37,521 nt of DNA from Gemmatimonadota bacterium (lineage in GTDB: Bacteria; Gemmatimonadota; Gemmatimonadetes; Gemmatimonadales; GWC2-71-9): assembly GCA_040008015.1 (NCBI GenBank), contig JBDTTZ010000248.1:1-37521 (forward strand). Direction: 5' to 3'. The notes below the pieces were generated by a model. It was not told where the DNA came from and did not search any database. It worked only from the letters and a program-made list of their open reading frames with translations. Below, in pieces: positions 1 through 9,007 of the stretch (positions are counted from its first letter, which is position 1; each line of letters opens with the position of its first letter). The translations under genes were made by a program, and so were the position numbers.

Positions 1-2
1 AC

Positions 3-458
3 CTGTACGTGCGGGACTATTCCAAGTGCATCCTGTGCTACAAGTGCGTGGAGGCGTGCGGTACGGATTATCAGAACACCTTCGCGATCGCGGTCGCGGG
101 CCGCGGGTTCGATGCCCGGATCTCGACCGAGTTCGCGGTGAAGCTGCCCGAATCGGCCTGCGTCTACTGCGGGAATTGCATCGCGGTGTGCCCGACCGGA
201 GCCCTGATGTTCAAGACCGAGCGGGACCACCGCGACCAGGGCACCTGGGACGAAGCGCGGCAACAGGTGGTGGACACGATCTGCCCCTACTGCGGGGTTG
301 GATGCACTCTGCAGCTGCACGTGCAGGAGAACGAGATCGTGCGGGTGACGTCCCCGCTGGATCATTCGATCACCCGCGGCAATCTCTGCATCAAGGGGCG
401 CTTCGGCTGGCGCTTCGTGCAGAACCGGGGTGGTGGCCCCCATGGAAAATCAGAATGA
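3..458 (+). CDS. Formate dehydrogenase-associated Fe-S subunit, 5'-truncated by the window (2x[4Fe-4S] ferredoxin domain plus C-terminal molybdopterin-oxidoreductase Fe4S4 domain)
   Basis: The frame is open from the window edge. Motifs: CILCYKCVEAC, CVYCGNCIAVCP, then CPYCGVGC...LCIKGRFG. Ends at TGA 456-458, directly upstream of fdhD. Confidence 0.85.
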   Translation: MYVRDYSKCILCYKCVEACGTDYQNTFAIAVAGRGFDARISTEFAVKLPESACVYCGNCIAVCPTGALMFKTERDHRDQGTWDEARQQVVDTICPYCGVGCTLQLHVQENEIVRVTSPLDHSITRGNLCIKGRFGWRFVQNRGGGPHGKSE

Positions 459-1302
459 ACGAGACGGGCTTCCGCCCGCGCTGAGCCCCGGTCATCCACT
501 CTTCGGGCTGGGCTACGCCGAGCCGGTACAAGCCCGGCCGCTGCTGAGATTGCAGGGCGATGCGAGCCAGGCTGGAGAAGCGGTGGTGGCGGAAGAAGTG
601 CCCATCGCCTTCATCTACAATGGCAGGCCGCACCTGGTTATGATGGGCACCCCCGCCGATCTCGAGGACTTCGCCGTCGGACTCTCCCTGACCGAAGAGA
701 TCGTCAACGACCCGGGGGAGATCACCCGGTTGGATGTGGTGCGCCACGCCCAGGGAATCGAGCTGCACCTCGACATTCCGGGCGACGCGGCGGAGCGGGT
801 GGCCGACCGGGGCCGCCGGCTGGTGGGTCGCACCGGGTGCGGTCTCTGCGGCGTCGAATCCATCCAGGAGGCCGTGCGGGAAACCCGGAGCGTGACTCCG
901 CTTGCCGTGATTCCGGTGGAAGCGCTCTGGCGCGCCGAGGCCGCGCTGCCGGCGCTGCAGCGCTGGAACCAGGAAACCGGCTCACTGCATGCCGCTGCCT
1001 GGGTGACGATGGATGGCACGCTCGAAATCGTCCGGGAGGACGTCGGCCGCCATAACGCGCTGGACAAGGTGATTGGCGCGCTCCGCCGTTCCGGCCGGAA
1101 AGCGGGCGACGGATTCGTCATGGTGACGAGCCGCGCCAGCTACGAAATGGTACAGAAGGCGACGGTGGCAGGGGTTGCGCTGCTGGCCGCGGTGTCACGA
1201 CCCACGGGTCTTGCCATTCGGCTGGCCCAGGCGAGCGGGCTCACCCTGGTCGCACTGCTCCGGGGCCGGACCGCGAACGTGTACGCACCGACAAAAAAGT
1301 AA
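442..1302 (+). CDS. fdhD: Formate dehydrogenase accessory sulfurtransferase FdhD
   Basis: Motifs EEVPIAFIYNG, TPADLEDFAVG, GCGLCG, TGSLHAAA, EDVGRHNALDK and TSRASYEMVQKA. ATG 442 is preferred over GTG 430. Confidence 0.95.
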   Translation: MENQNERDGLPPALSPGHPLFGLGYAEPVQARPLLRLQGDASQAGEAVVAEEVPIAFIYNGRPHLVMMGTPADLEDFAVGLSLTEEIVNDPGEITRLDVVRHAQGIELHLDIPGDAAERVADRGRRLVGRTGCGLCGVESIQEAVRETRSVTPLAVIPVEALWRAEAALPALQRWNQETGSLHAAAWVTMDGTLEIVREDVGRHNALDKVIGALRRSGRKAGDGFVMVTSRASYEMVQKATVAGVALLAAVSRPTGLAIRLAQASGLTLVALLRGRTANVYAPTKK

Positions 1303-1405
1303 ACGAACGTAAGTGCAAGTAATTGAAAGTAACTGAAGCGACGTACGCTACATGCACTTACTTGCCGTTACTTGCCGTTACTTGCTTTTACTTCCAGTTA
1401 CTTTG
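1297..1405. repeat. AT-rich mirror tandem repeat with ~10-bp period (AAGTAA units followed by TTACTT units)
   Basis: Left arm aagtaa-acgaacgtaa-gtgcaagtaa-ttgaaagtaa; right arm ttacttgccg-ttacttgccg-ttacttgctt-ttacttccag-ttacttt. The first unit contains the fdhD stop TAA. Confidence 0.85.
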
Positions 1406-1430
1406 TTTTCTTCTTTTGATGGGGTGTGCT

Positions 1431-2570
1431 GTGAATTTGCACGAATATCAGGGGCGGAATCTCTTCCGGGCGGCGGGCATCCCGATGCCGGATGGCGACG
1501 TGGCCAACTCGCCATCCGAGGTCGAGGCCATCGCGAAGCGGCTGGGGGGAACTGTCGTGGTCAAGGCGCAGGTCCACGCCGGCGGGCGGGGCAAGGCCGG
1601 TGGCGTGAAGCTGGCCAAGACTCCCGCCGAAGCCGCGGACGTGGCTTCCCGAATCCTCGGCATGCAGATCAAGGGCCTCCCGGTTCAGAAGGTGCTCGTG
1701 GTGCCGGCGGCGGACATCACGAGTGAAGCGTACGCCGGTATCATCATGGACCGGGAAAGCCAGCGGCCGGTGGTCATGGTGAGCGCGGCGGGCGGGATCG
1801 ATATCGAAGAGGTGGCGGCCCGGACGCCGGAGAAGATCACCCGCCTCGCGGTGGATCCACGCTATGGATTGTTGCCGCACCAGGCCCAGACCCTCGCGTT
1901 CACTCTTTACTCCGATATCGCACCGGTCCGGGCCGCCGCAAAGATCCTGGAGCAGCTGTACCAGGTCTTCACCACCAACGGCGCGTCGCTGACCGAGATC
2001 AACCCGCTGGTGACCACGCCCGATGGAAAGGTCGTCGCGCTCGACGCCAAGGTGGTGATTGACGACAACGAGCTGGATCGCCGCCCCGACCTGGCCGCGA
2101 TGCGCGACGAATCGGCCGAGGAGCCAAGCGAGGTAGCCGCTCGGCGCGCCAGCCTGACCTTCATCAAGCTGGATGGCAATGTGGGCTGCGTGGTCAACGG
2201 GGCCGGGCTGGCGATGGCCACGATGGACCTGGTGAAGTACTATGGCGGCGAGCCGGCCAACTTCCTGGATATCGGGGGCAGCTCCAATCCGGAGAAGGTG
2301 GTGAACGCCCTCAAGATCATCACCGCTGATACCGCGGTGAAGGCGATCCTCTTCAATATTTTTGGCGGCATTACCCGCACCGATGACGTGGCCAACGGTA
2401 TCGGTGCCGCCCTCAAGCAGTTCAAGGTGAACGTCCCGATCGTGGTCCGGCTCACCGGGACCAACGAGGCCGAAGCGTTCAAGATTCTCCAGGGTATCGG
2501 GATGAAGGCGCTCTCCGACATGGACGAGGCGGTGCGGGAAGTGGTGAAGCTGGTCCAGGAGGCCGCGTGA
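1431..2570 (+). CDS. sucC: Succinyl-CoA synthetase beta subunit
   Basis: Motifs (M)[55 protein letters not shown] and NIFGGI. True start is GTG 1431; the ORF-track extension is repeat-derived. Confidence 0.97.
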   Translation: MNLHEYQGRNLFRAAGIPMPDGDVANSPSEVEAIAKRLGGTVVVKAQVHAGGRGKAGGVKLAKTPAEAADVASRILGMQIKGLPVQKVLVVPAADITSEAYAGIIMDRESQRPVVMVSAAGGIDIEEVAARTPEKITRLAVDPRYGLLPHQAQTLAFTLYSDIAPVRAAAKILEQLYQVFTTNGASLTEINPLVTTPDGKVVALDAKVVIDDNELDRRPDLAAMRDESAEEPSEVAARRASLTFIKLDGNVGCVVNGAGLAMATMDLVKYYGGEPANFLDIGGSSNPEKVVNALKIITADTAVKAILFNIFGGITRTDDVANGIGAALKQFKVNVPIVVRLTGTNEAEAFKILQGIGMKALSDMDEAVREVVKLVQEAA

Positions 2571-3445
2571 GCATCTTCATCGACGACGCGACGCGGCTGG
2601 TGGTGCAGGGAATCACCGGAAGGGATGGCAGTTTTCACGCGAAGCAGATGATCGCTTACGGCACCCGGGTGGTTGCCGGGGTGACACCGGGAAAAGGCGG
2701 CCGGATCTTCGAAGGGACCGTGCCGGTATTCAACACCATGGCCCAGGCGGTGAAGGAAGCCGGCGCCAATACCTCGGTCATCTATGTTCCCGCGGCTCTC
2801 GCGGCCGGCGCCATCTACGAGGCGGCGGATGCCGGCATCAAGTTCATTGTGTGCATCACCGAGGGAGTACCGGTCATGGACATGACCAGGGTGATGCCGT
2901 ATGTGCGGGAAAAGGGCGCCCGGTTGCTGGGGCCTAACTGCCCCGGTCTCATCACGCCGGGCCAGTGCAAGGTAGGCATCATTCCCGGAAACATCTGCAC
3001 CCCGGGCCGGATCGGCCTGGTGTCCCGCAGCGGCACTCTCACCTACGAGGTCGTCAACCTGCTGACCCGGGCCGGGATCGGGCAGAGCACCTGCGTCGGG
3101 ATCGGTGGCGACCCCATCATTGGCACCAACTTCATCGATACTCTGCGCGCCTTTAACGACGACCCCGGCACCGACGCGATCGTGATGATGGGCGAGATCG
3201 GCGGGACCGAAGAGCAGAAGGCGGCGGAGTTCGTCAAGCAAATCGTGAAGAAGCCGGTCATTGGATTCATCGCCGGGCAGACGGCGCCGCCGGGGCGGCG
3301 AATGGGGCATGCCGGCGCGATTATCTCTGGATCGGCGGGGACCGCGGCCGAGAAGATGGCGGCGTTCGAGGCAGCGGGGATTTCCGTGATGAAGCGGCCG
3401 GTGGATGTCGTGCCGTTACTCAAGGCGAAACTGAAAACAGCGTAA
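2567..3445 (+). CDS. sucD: Succinyl-CoA synthetase alpha subunit
   Basis: Motifs [35 protein letters not shown] and RMGHAGA (phospho-His). GTGA overlap with sucC. Confidence 0.97.
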   Translation: MSIFIDDATRLVVQGITGRDGSFHAKQMIAYGTRVVAGVTPGKGGRIFEGTVPVFNTMAQAVKEAGANTSVIYVPAALAAGAIYEAADAGIKFIVCITEGVPVMDMTRVMPYVREKGARLLGPNCPGLITPGQCKVGIIPGNICTPGRIGLVSRSGTLTYEVVNLLTRAGIGQSTCVGIGGDPIIGTNFIDTLRAFNDDPGTDAIVMMGEIGGTEEQKAAEFVKQIVKKPVIGFIAGQTAPPGRRMGHAGAIISGSAGTAAEKMAAFEAAGISVMKRPVDVVPLLKAKLKTA

Positions 3446-3518
3446 AGAGTGAAGGGTGAAGAGGAACCACACTGGGCCTTTCCCCTTCACTCTTCACTCT
3501 TCACTCTTCACCCTTCAC
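3445..3518. repeat. Mirror tandem heptamer repeat (GTGAAGA / TCTTCAC)
   Basis: aagagtgaagggtgaagagg, a ~20-nt loop, then cttcac-tcttcac-tcttcac-tcttcac-ccttcac. Starts at the sucD stop. Confidence 0.85.
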
Positions 3519-3533
3519 GCTTTTGGAGACACA

Positions 3534-3962
3534 GTGCTTCAGTTGACTCTCGGTATGATCAAACCCGATGCCGTTGCTTCAGGCAAGGCCGGCCTCATCA
3601 TCGCCCACCTTCAGAAGGAAGGCTTCCAGGTTCGCGCCGCGAAGCTGGCCCGGCTCACCCGGGCCCAGGCGGAGAAGTTTTATGAGGTCCACCGGGGCCG
3701 TCCCTTCTACGAGGAGCTGGTCAATTTCATGTCGAGCGGGCCCTGCCTTCCGATGGCCCTGGAACGGGACAATGCGGTCGCCCATTTTCGGACTGTCATC
3801 GGCGCAACCGACCCCGCCGAGGCAGCGCCGGGCACCATCCGGAAGCTCTATGCCGAGTCGAAGGGCAAGAACGCCGTCCACGGGTCGGACAGCCCGGAGA
3901 ATGGGCTGAGGGAGGTCGGGTTCTTTTTTACCGAGGGTGAGATAGCTGGATTGTGGGATTGA
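3534..3962 (+). CDS. ndk: Nucleoside diphosphate kinase
   Basis: Motifs TLGMIKPDAV, FYEVHRGRPF, GATDP, PGTIR and NAVHGSDS (catalytic His). GTG 3534 is preceded by GGAG at 3525-3528. Confidence 0.96.
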   Translation: MLQLTLGMIKPDAVASGKAGLIIAHLQKEGFQVRAAKLARLTRAQAEKFYEVHRGRPFYEELVNFMSSGPCLPMALERDNAVAHFRTVIGATDPAEAAPGTIRKLYAESKGKNAVHGSDSPENGLREVGFFFTEGEIAGLWD

Positions 3963-4039
3963 TGGTATTGAGGGAATTGGCAGGGCTTGAATCCCTGGAA
4001 AATCCCCTCAATCCCTTCAATTCCTTCAATTCCTTCAAT
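3950..4039. repeat. Mirror tandem 9-mer repeat (ATTGARGGR-like / YCCTTCAAT)
   Basis: Left arm attgtggg-attgatggt-attgaggga-attg overlaps the ndk 3' end and stop; right arm cccctcaat-cccttcaat-tccttcaat-tccttcaat. Confidence 0.8.
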
Positions 4040-4051
4040 GATCCACTGGTC

Positions 4052-4080
4052 TTGCTCTAAGTGTAGGTCTTGATTACGTT
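4052..4080 (+). promoter_or_regulatory. Putative sigma70-type promoter for the yceD-rpmF-plsX-fab operon
   Basis: TTGCTC (4052-4057), a 17-nt spacer, TACGTT (4075-4080). ATG lies 8 nt downstream with no SD, so the transcript would be near-leaderless. Confidence 0.45.
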
Positions 4081-4088
4081 TGGCCGCT

Positions 4089-4544
4089 ATGCTCGAGGTC
4101 GATATTCGAGAGCTTCGGCAGGGTCCGGTCGAGACCCTTGGAGCCCTCGCGCCGGACGATCCAACCTTTGAGGGGTTGGAGCTCGATCTGACCGGTCCGC
4201 TCTCCGTTGAAGGCCGTTTGCAGGAGACCGCGGACGGGGAATATTTCTGGCGCGGACATGTCGCCGGAGCCGTGAAAACGGCCTGCCGCCGTTGCCTGAC
4301 TGAGCTGACCTGCCCCGTCGAGGCTGATGTCAGCGTCATGTTCAGCAGCGACCCCGATGCCGTGGACGATCCCGGCGTCTACCCGGTGGAAGCTTCGAGT
4401 CGTTCCCTGGACGTGCGCCCGGTGGTGCGTGAGGAGCTGGCCCTGGCGGCGCCGGCGTTTCCGTTGTGCCGGGAAGACTGTGCTGGACTCTGCCCCACTT
4501 GCGGGGCCGACCTGAACGCAGGGCCGTGCTCCTGCAACCCCTAA
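4089..4544 (+). CDS. yceD: YceD/DUF177 family protein (large ribosomal subunit accumulation)
   Basis: Motifs CRRCL and PLCREDCAGLCPTCGADLN. Canonical position upstream of rpmF-plsX. Confidence 0.92.
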   Translation: MLEVDIRELRQGPVETLGALAPDDPTFEGLELDLTGPLSVEGRLQETADGEYFWRGHVAGAVKTACRRCLTELTCPVEADVSVMFSSDPDAVDDPGVYPVEASSRSLDVRPVVREELALAAPAFPLCREDCAGLCPTCGADLNAGPCSCNP

Positions 4545-4581
4545 CCCCCTGTCCCCCTTCCCCGGTCCCGGGGAAGGGGGA
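4540..4581. repeat. GC-rich REP-like hairpin
   Basis: Perfect 13-bp stem tcccccttccccg (4552-4564) / cggggaaggggga (4569-4581) with a 4-nt loop. Preceded by cctaaccccct, which contains the yceD stop. No U-tract. Confidence 0.75.
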
Positions 4582-4603
4582 GCGAAATTAGAAGAGGTTA
4601 TCG

Positions 4604-4786
4604 ATGGCTGTTCCCAAGAGGCGGATGTCGAAGGCGCGCAAGCGCTCCCGCCGAAGTCAGGATTTCGCACCGAGCATGGCGGTTCAGGCCTGCCCCCGGT
4701 GCTCATCGCCCAAGCTGCCGCACCGGGTCTGTGGTACCTGCGGCTACTATCGAGGCAAGAAGCGGGTCGAGGTCGAGGACGCCTGA
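4604..4786 (+). CDS. rpmF: 50S ribosomal protein L32 (zinc-ribbon form)
   Basis: Motifs MAVPKRRMSKARKRSRR and CPRC...PHRVCGTCGYY. SD-like AGAGG upstream. Confidence 0.97.
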   Translation: MAVPKRRMSKARKRSRRSQDFAPSMAVQACPRCSSPKLPHRVCGTCGYYRGKKRVEVEDA

Positions 4787-4788
4787 GG

Positions 4789-5802
4789 GTGATCCGCGTC
4801 GCCTTGGACGCCATGGGCGGGGACAATGCGCCGGCGGTTGAGATCGAAGGCGTGGCCATGGCCCTTGCCGAGCTGCCGCCCAGCTTCACCATCCAGTTGG
4901 TGGGGAAGACCGAGGCCATCGAGGCCGAGCTGAAGCAGTTCCCCGACCTGGATCGCAAGCGGATCGAGATCCACGAAGCCCCAGAGGTTATCGGCATGGG
5001 GGAGAAGCCGCTGGCCGCCGTACGCAAGAAGCGGAAATCCAGCCTGGTGGTGGGGCTCGGTCTTCAGAAATCCGGTCACTCGGACGCCTTTGTCTCCGCC
5101 GGCAATACCGGCGCGGTCCTCGCCGCCGGCACCGTCCTGCTCGGGCTGCATGCCGGGGTGGACCGGGCCACCGTCGCCACCATGTTTCCCACCGCTGACC
5201 GTCCCGCCCTGGTCCTCGATGCCGGCGCCAATGTCGACTGCTCCGCGCGCGAGCTGGTCTGCTTCGCCCACCTCGGCACCGTGTACGCCCGTGACCTGCT
5301 GGGCGCCGCCAATCCCGCGGTCGGCCTGCTCAACATCGGTGAAGAAGACGAAAAGGGAAACGCCATCACCCGCGAAGCCCACCAGCTGCTGAAGCAGGAT
5401 ACCCGGCTCAACTACATCGGCAACATCGAGGGGCGCGACATCCTGACCGGCCACTCCAAGCATGGCTCGCTGGACGTGATCGTGACCGACGGCTTCGTGG
5501 GGAACATCGTCCTCAAGTTCTATGAGTCGGTCGCCCGGATGATCGTCCGACTGGTCAAGCGGGACGCGCCGGAAGTGCTGGAACGCAAAGACATCAAGAA
5601 GATCTTCCGAATTCTCGACTACTCGGAGTACGGCGGCGCCCCGCTGCTCGGCGTCCAGGGTGTCTGCATCATTTGCCACGGCTCTTCCAGCGCCAACGCC
5701 GTGAAGAACGCCATCCGGGTCGCGGTCCAGGCGGCAGAGGCCGGACTCTCCAGGCACATCGGCGCCGAGTTCGCCCAGCGCGAAATCCCGGCCCAGGCAT
5801 GA
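4789..5802 (+). CDS. plsX: Phosphate acyltransferase PlsX
   Basis: Motifs RVALDAMGGD, SAGNTGA, LDAGANVD, LLNIGEE, GNIEG, DGFVGN, YGGAPLLG and HGSS. Start is GTG 4789. Confidence 0.97.
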   Translation: MIRVALDAMGGDNAPAVEIEGVAMALAELPPSFTIQLVGKTEAIEAELKQFPDLDRKRIEIHEAPEVIGMGEKPLAAVRKKRKSSLVVGLGLQKSGHSDAFVSAGNTGAVLAAGTVLLGLHAGVDRATVATMFPTADRPALVLDAGANVDCSARELVCFAHLGTVYARDLLGAANPAVGLLNIGEEDEKGNAITREAHQLLKQDTRLNYIGNIEGRDILTGHSKHGSLDVIVTDGFVGNIVLKFYESVARMIVRLVKRDAPEVLERKDIKKIFRILDYSEYGGAPLLGVQGVCIICHGSSSANAVKNAIRVAVQAAEAGLSRHIGAEFAQREIPAQA

Positions 5803-6794
5803 TTCCCCGGCCCTTTGCGGAAATCGCCGGCCTCGGCATCGCGGTCCCCGACCGGGTCGTGACCAACGCCGATTTCGAAAAGTCCCTCGACACCTCCGAC
5901 CAGTGGATCGTGGAGCGCACCGGTATCCGGGAGCGGCGGATCGCGGGGCCGGGAGAGTCGCTGGCCATGCTCTCCCAGCAGGCGTCGGAGATCGCAATGG
6001 AGCGGGCCGGGATTACCGCCGGCGATCTCGATGCGATCGTCCTGGGGACCGCGACGCCGGATCGCCTGCTGCCGTCCACCGCGTGCGACTTGCAGGCCCT
6101 GCTCGGGGCCGACAACGCCGCGGCCTTCGATATCAGCGCCGCGTGCCCCGGGTTTATCTACGCCATCACCGTGGCCGAAGCGCTCATCGCCGCGGGCCAG
6201 AGCGAGAACGTCCTGGTCGTCGGAGCCGAAAAGCTGTCCACCATTACCGACATGACGGACCGCTCGACCGCGATTCTTTTTGGTGACGGCGCCGGCGCCG
6301 CCGTGGTGCGGCCGGTCTCGAAGAGCAACGGCCGGGGCATCCTCTCGACCTTCATCCGGTCCGATGGCAAGCTGGCGCCGCTCCTGTACCGGCCCGGTGG
6401 CGGGGCCTGCGATCCGATCAGCGAGAAGGTGGTGCGGGAGCGATCCCACTACATCAAGATGGCGGGCCGCGAAGTGTTCAAGGCCGCCGTGCTGGCGATG
6501 TCGCAGGCCTGCGACGAGGCGCTGTCCCGGGCCGGGGTCACCTCGGACCAGATCGACCTGCTGGTGCCCCACCAGGCCAACATCCGGATCATCGAAGCCA
6601 CCGCGAAGCATGCCGGGATCCCGATGGAGAAGGTCATGGTGAACGTGGATCGCTACGGCAATACGTCGTCCGCATCCATTCCGCTCGCGATTGACCAGGC
6701 CGTCACCGAGGGCCGGATCAAGCCGGGCTCGCTGCTGCTCCTGGTGGCGTTCGGCGCCGGGTTCACCTGGGGGAGCGTCGTCGTCCGGTGGTGA
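5799..6794 (+). CDS. fabH: 3-oxoacyl-ACP synthase III
   Basis: Motifs DTSDQWIVERTGIRERR, AACPGF (Cys), LFGDGAGA, PHQAN (His), GNTSSAS (Asn) and FGAGFTWG. ATGA overlap with plsX. Confidence 0.97.
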   Translation: MIPRPFAEIAGLGIAVPDRVVTNADFEKSLDTSDQWIVERTGIRERRIAGPGESLAMLSQQASEIAMERAGITAGDLDAIVLGTATPDRLLPSTACDLQALLGADNAAAFDISAACPGFIYAITVAEALIAAGQSENVLVVGAEKLSTITDMTDRSTAILFGDGAGAAVVRPVSKSNGRGILSTFIRSDGKLAPLLYRPGGGACDPISEKVVRERSHYIKMAGREVFKAAVLAMSQACDEALSRAGVTSDQIDLLVPHQANIRIIEATAKHAGIPMEKVMVNVDRYGNTSSASIPLAIDQAVTEGRIKPGSLLLLVAFGAGFTWGSVVVRW

Positions 6795-7714
6795 GTGTCG
6801 TACTCTGCCCGGGGCAGGGGGCGCAGAAAGTCGGGATGGGGAAGGACCTGGCGGAGCGATTTCCCGCGGCGCGCGATATCTTCGCCGCGATTGACGAGGC
6901 GCTCGGGGTCAAGCTTTCGAAGATCATGTGGGAGGGTCCGGAGGACGAGCTGACCCTCACCCACAACGCCCAGCCGGCCATTCTCGCGCACAGCGCGGCG
7001 ATGCTGGCGGTGGTGGGCCAGAGCCTCGGGCCGGTGGGCGCCGGTGCCGGTCACAGCCTGGGCGAATACAGCGCGTGGGTCGCCTCGGGCAGCGTGGCGG
7101 CGACCGATGCGGCCCGCCTGGTGCGGCGCCGCGGCGAGCTGATGCTGGAAGCCGGCCGGCAGCGGCCGGGCGCCATGGCCGCGATACTCGGGCTGCCGAC
7201 CGATGCGGTCGAGGCCGCCTGCATGGAAATCTCGAACCAGGGCGGGGTGGTGGTCGCGGCGAATCTCAATGGGCCCGACCAGACCGTCATCTCGGGCGAT
7301 CCCGAAGCGGTCGAGCGCGGCGGTGCCGCCTGCAAGGCGCGGGGCGCCAAGCGGGTGATTCCGCTCAAGGTGAGCGGCGCCTTTCATTCGCCGCTGATGG
7401 TACCGGCGGTGGACGGGCTCCGGATGGAGCTGGCCGAGGTCGGGTTCAGGGACGGGGCGTTCCCGGTGATCGCCAACGCGAGCGGCGAGGCGATCCGGAC
7501 CGGGGCGGACGCCAAGCGGCTGCTGGCCGATCAGCTGACGGCGCCGGTGCGCTGGGTCGCCTGCATGCAGACCGCTGCCCGGCTCTGTCCCGGCGCCCGG
7601 TACCTGGAGATCGGCCCCGGCAGCGTGCTCTCCGGACTGCTCAAGAAGATTGTGCCCGGCGCGGCCAGCGTGACGTTGGGAACCGCGGACGAGGCGGAGA
7701 AGTTTCTGGCATAA
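6791..7714 (+). CDS. fabD: Malonyl-CoA:ACP transacylase
   Basis: Motifs PGQGAQ, TxNAQPAI, GHSLGEY, RRRG, VSGAFHS, PVRW and EIGPG. Start is GTG at 6791 or 6788. Confidence 0.96.
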   Translation: MSVVLCPGQGAQKVGMGKDLAERFPAARDIFAAIDEALGVKLSKIMWEGPEDELTLTHNAQPAILAHSAAMLAVVGQSLGPVGAGAGHSLGEYSAWVASGSVAATDAARLVRRRGELMLEAGRQRPGAMAAILGLPTDAVEAACMEISNQGGVVVAANLNGPDQTVISGDPEAVERGGAACKARGAKRVIPLKVSGAFHSPLMVPAVDGLRMELAEVGFRDGAFPVIANASGEAIRTGADAKRLLADQLTAPVRWVACMQTAARLCPGARYLEIGPGSVLSGLLKKIVPGAASVTLGTADEAEKFLA

Positions 7715-7716
7715 CG

Positions 7717-7770
7717 CCCTCTCCCCCTGGCTCCCTCTCCCATTATGGGAGGGGAACGGCGGTGAGGGGA
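7717..7770. repeat. CCCTCTCCC...GGGAGGGG hairpin-type REP-like element
   Basis: ccctctccccctggctccctctccc-attat-gggagggga...gtgagggg directly after the fabD stop. Imperfect stem, similar in style to the 4540-4581 element. Confidence 0.6.
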
Positions 7771-7834
7771 CAGAGGAACCGAAAGAAATGAATCTCAGGG
7801 CGAGGGTGGTCGAGATCTTGAGAGCTTCGAGCTT

Positions 7835-7900
7835 GAGATCCCTCGCTGCGCTCGGGATGACAACTCGCTCGGGATGACACATTCGATGCTCGGGATGACA
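7835..7900. repeat. REP-like half element plus two truncated copies (GCTCGGGATGACA x3)
   Basis: Exact 13-mer at 7850-7862, 7867-7879 and 7888-7900. The first copy extends to gagatccctcgctgcgctcgggatgaca. Confidence 0.85.
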
Positions 7901-7908
7901 GGCGACTG

Positions 7909-8649
7909 ATGGTAACCATCGATCTTTCCGGCAAGACCGCCTTCGTCACCGGCTCCACCCGGGGAATCGGCCACGCCATCGCGACCGCGCTGCATAAGGC
8001 AGGGGCCAAGGTGGCGATCGTGGGGCGGGACCAGGTGAAGGCGACGCAAGTCGCCGCGGCGATGGGGGCGGGAACCCTGGGGCTCGGCTGCGACGTGCTG
8101 GAGGGCGCCCAGGTGGAACGGGCGCTGGCCGAGGCCGAAAAGGCACTCGGGCCCATCGACATCCTGGTCAACAACGCCGGCATGGCGAAGGACAACCTCC
8201 TCCTCCGGCTGACCGAGCAGGACTGGGATACCGTGCTGGACGCCAATCTCAAGGCGGCGTTCCACACCACCCGGCTCTGCATCAAGGGCATGATGAAACG
8301 GCGGGCCGGGCGGATCATCAATATCACCAGCGTGGTGGGGCTGACCGGCAACAAGGGGCAGTCCAACTACGCGGCCAGCAAGGCGGGGCTGATCGGATTT
8401 ACCAAGTCGGTGGCCAAGGAGTACGCCAGCCGGAACGTGCTGGCCAACTGCGTGGCGCCGGGCTACATCGCCACCGACATGACGGACTCCTTGCCGGAGG
8501 AAGTGCGGAAAGCAATGTTACAGGGCATCGCGCTGGAGCGGGCGGGCAAGCCGGAGGATGTGGCGAGCGCGGTGCTGTTCCTGGCCAGTGACCTTGCGGC
8601 GTATATCACCGGGCAGGTTTTGGTCGTGGATGGAGGGATGGTCTTTTAG
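7909..8649 (+). CDS. fabG: 3-oxoacyl-ACP reductase
   Basis: Motifs TGSTRGIG, LVNNAG, NITSVVG, YAASK and VAPGYI. Lies between fabD and acpP. Confidence 0.96.
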   Translation: MVTIDLSGKTAFVTGSTRGIGHAIATALHKAGAKVAIVGRDQVKATQVAAAMGAGTLGLGCDVLEGAQVERALAEAEKALGPIDILVNNAGMAKDNLLLRLTEQDWDTVLDANLKAAFHTTRLCIKGMMKRRAGRIINITSVVGLTGNKGQSNYAASKAGLIGFTKSVAKEYASRNVLANCVAPGYIATDMTDSLPEEVRKAMLQGIALERAGKPEDVASAVLFLASDLAAYITGQVLVVDGGMVF

Positions 8650-8730
8650 CAGATGGCTGATGGCGGATAGCAGATCACGGTGGAGGCTGGCTTTGCTGAG
8701 GGATGAACCATCAGCTATCAGCCATCTGCT
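8648..8730. repeat. Mirror tandem heptamer repeat (GCTGATR / YATCAGC)
   Basis: agcagatggctgatggcggatagcagat ... ccatcagctatcagccatctgct. The arms are reverse complements at 20 of 23 nt, and the left arm overlaps the fabG stop TAG. Confidence 0.85.
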
Positions 8731-8766
8731 TCAGTTAGGACTCACTACTCTCTTTGAGGCCAGCAA

Positions 8767-9006
8767 ATGAGCGAGATCGAGGAAAAGGTCAAAGACATTA
8801 TCGTCGAGGAACTCGGAGTCGAGCGGGAGAAGCTCACCGATGAGGCGAGCTTCATGGAGGACCTGGGCGCCGACAGCCTCGACACCGTCGAGCTCGTCAT
8901 GGCGTTCGAAAAGGAGTTCGACATCGACATCCCGGACGAAGAGGCCGAGAAGCTCCGCACGGTGGGAGATGCGATGAAGTACCTCCACGAAAAGATCGGG
9001 AAGTAG
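8767..9006 (+). CDS. acpP: Acyl carrier protein
   Basis: [17 protein letters not shown] phosphopantetheine motif. Acidic, 79 aa. Confidence 0.98.
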   Translation: MSEIEEKVKDIIVEELGVEREKLTDEASFMEDLGADSLDTVELVMAFEKEFDIDIPDEEAEKLRTVGDAMKYLHEKIGK

Positions 9007-9007
9007 C

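Noticed and set aside
456-458. TGA as a selenocysteine codon in an FDH subunit
   Set aside because: It lies only ~15 codons after the Fe4S4 motif rather than at the catalytic position, and the downstream DNA is a full fdhD in another frame.
1323-1430. N-terminal extensions of SucC (also Ndk 3456-3533 and the MCO 34467-34568) in the ORF track
   Set aside because: These are translations of intergenic repeats (LLAVTC, FTLHSS, VTCHLS). Conserved or plausible starts lie downstream.
4552-4581. Rho-independent terminator
   Set aside because: Strong stem but no U-tract, and it sits inside a conserved operon. Treated as a REP-like hairpin.
7850-7900. Mini CRISPR array
   Set aside because: The repeat is 13 nt with 4- and 8-nt gaps, and no cas genes are present.
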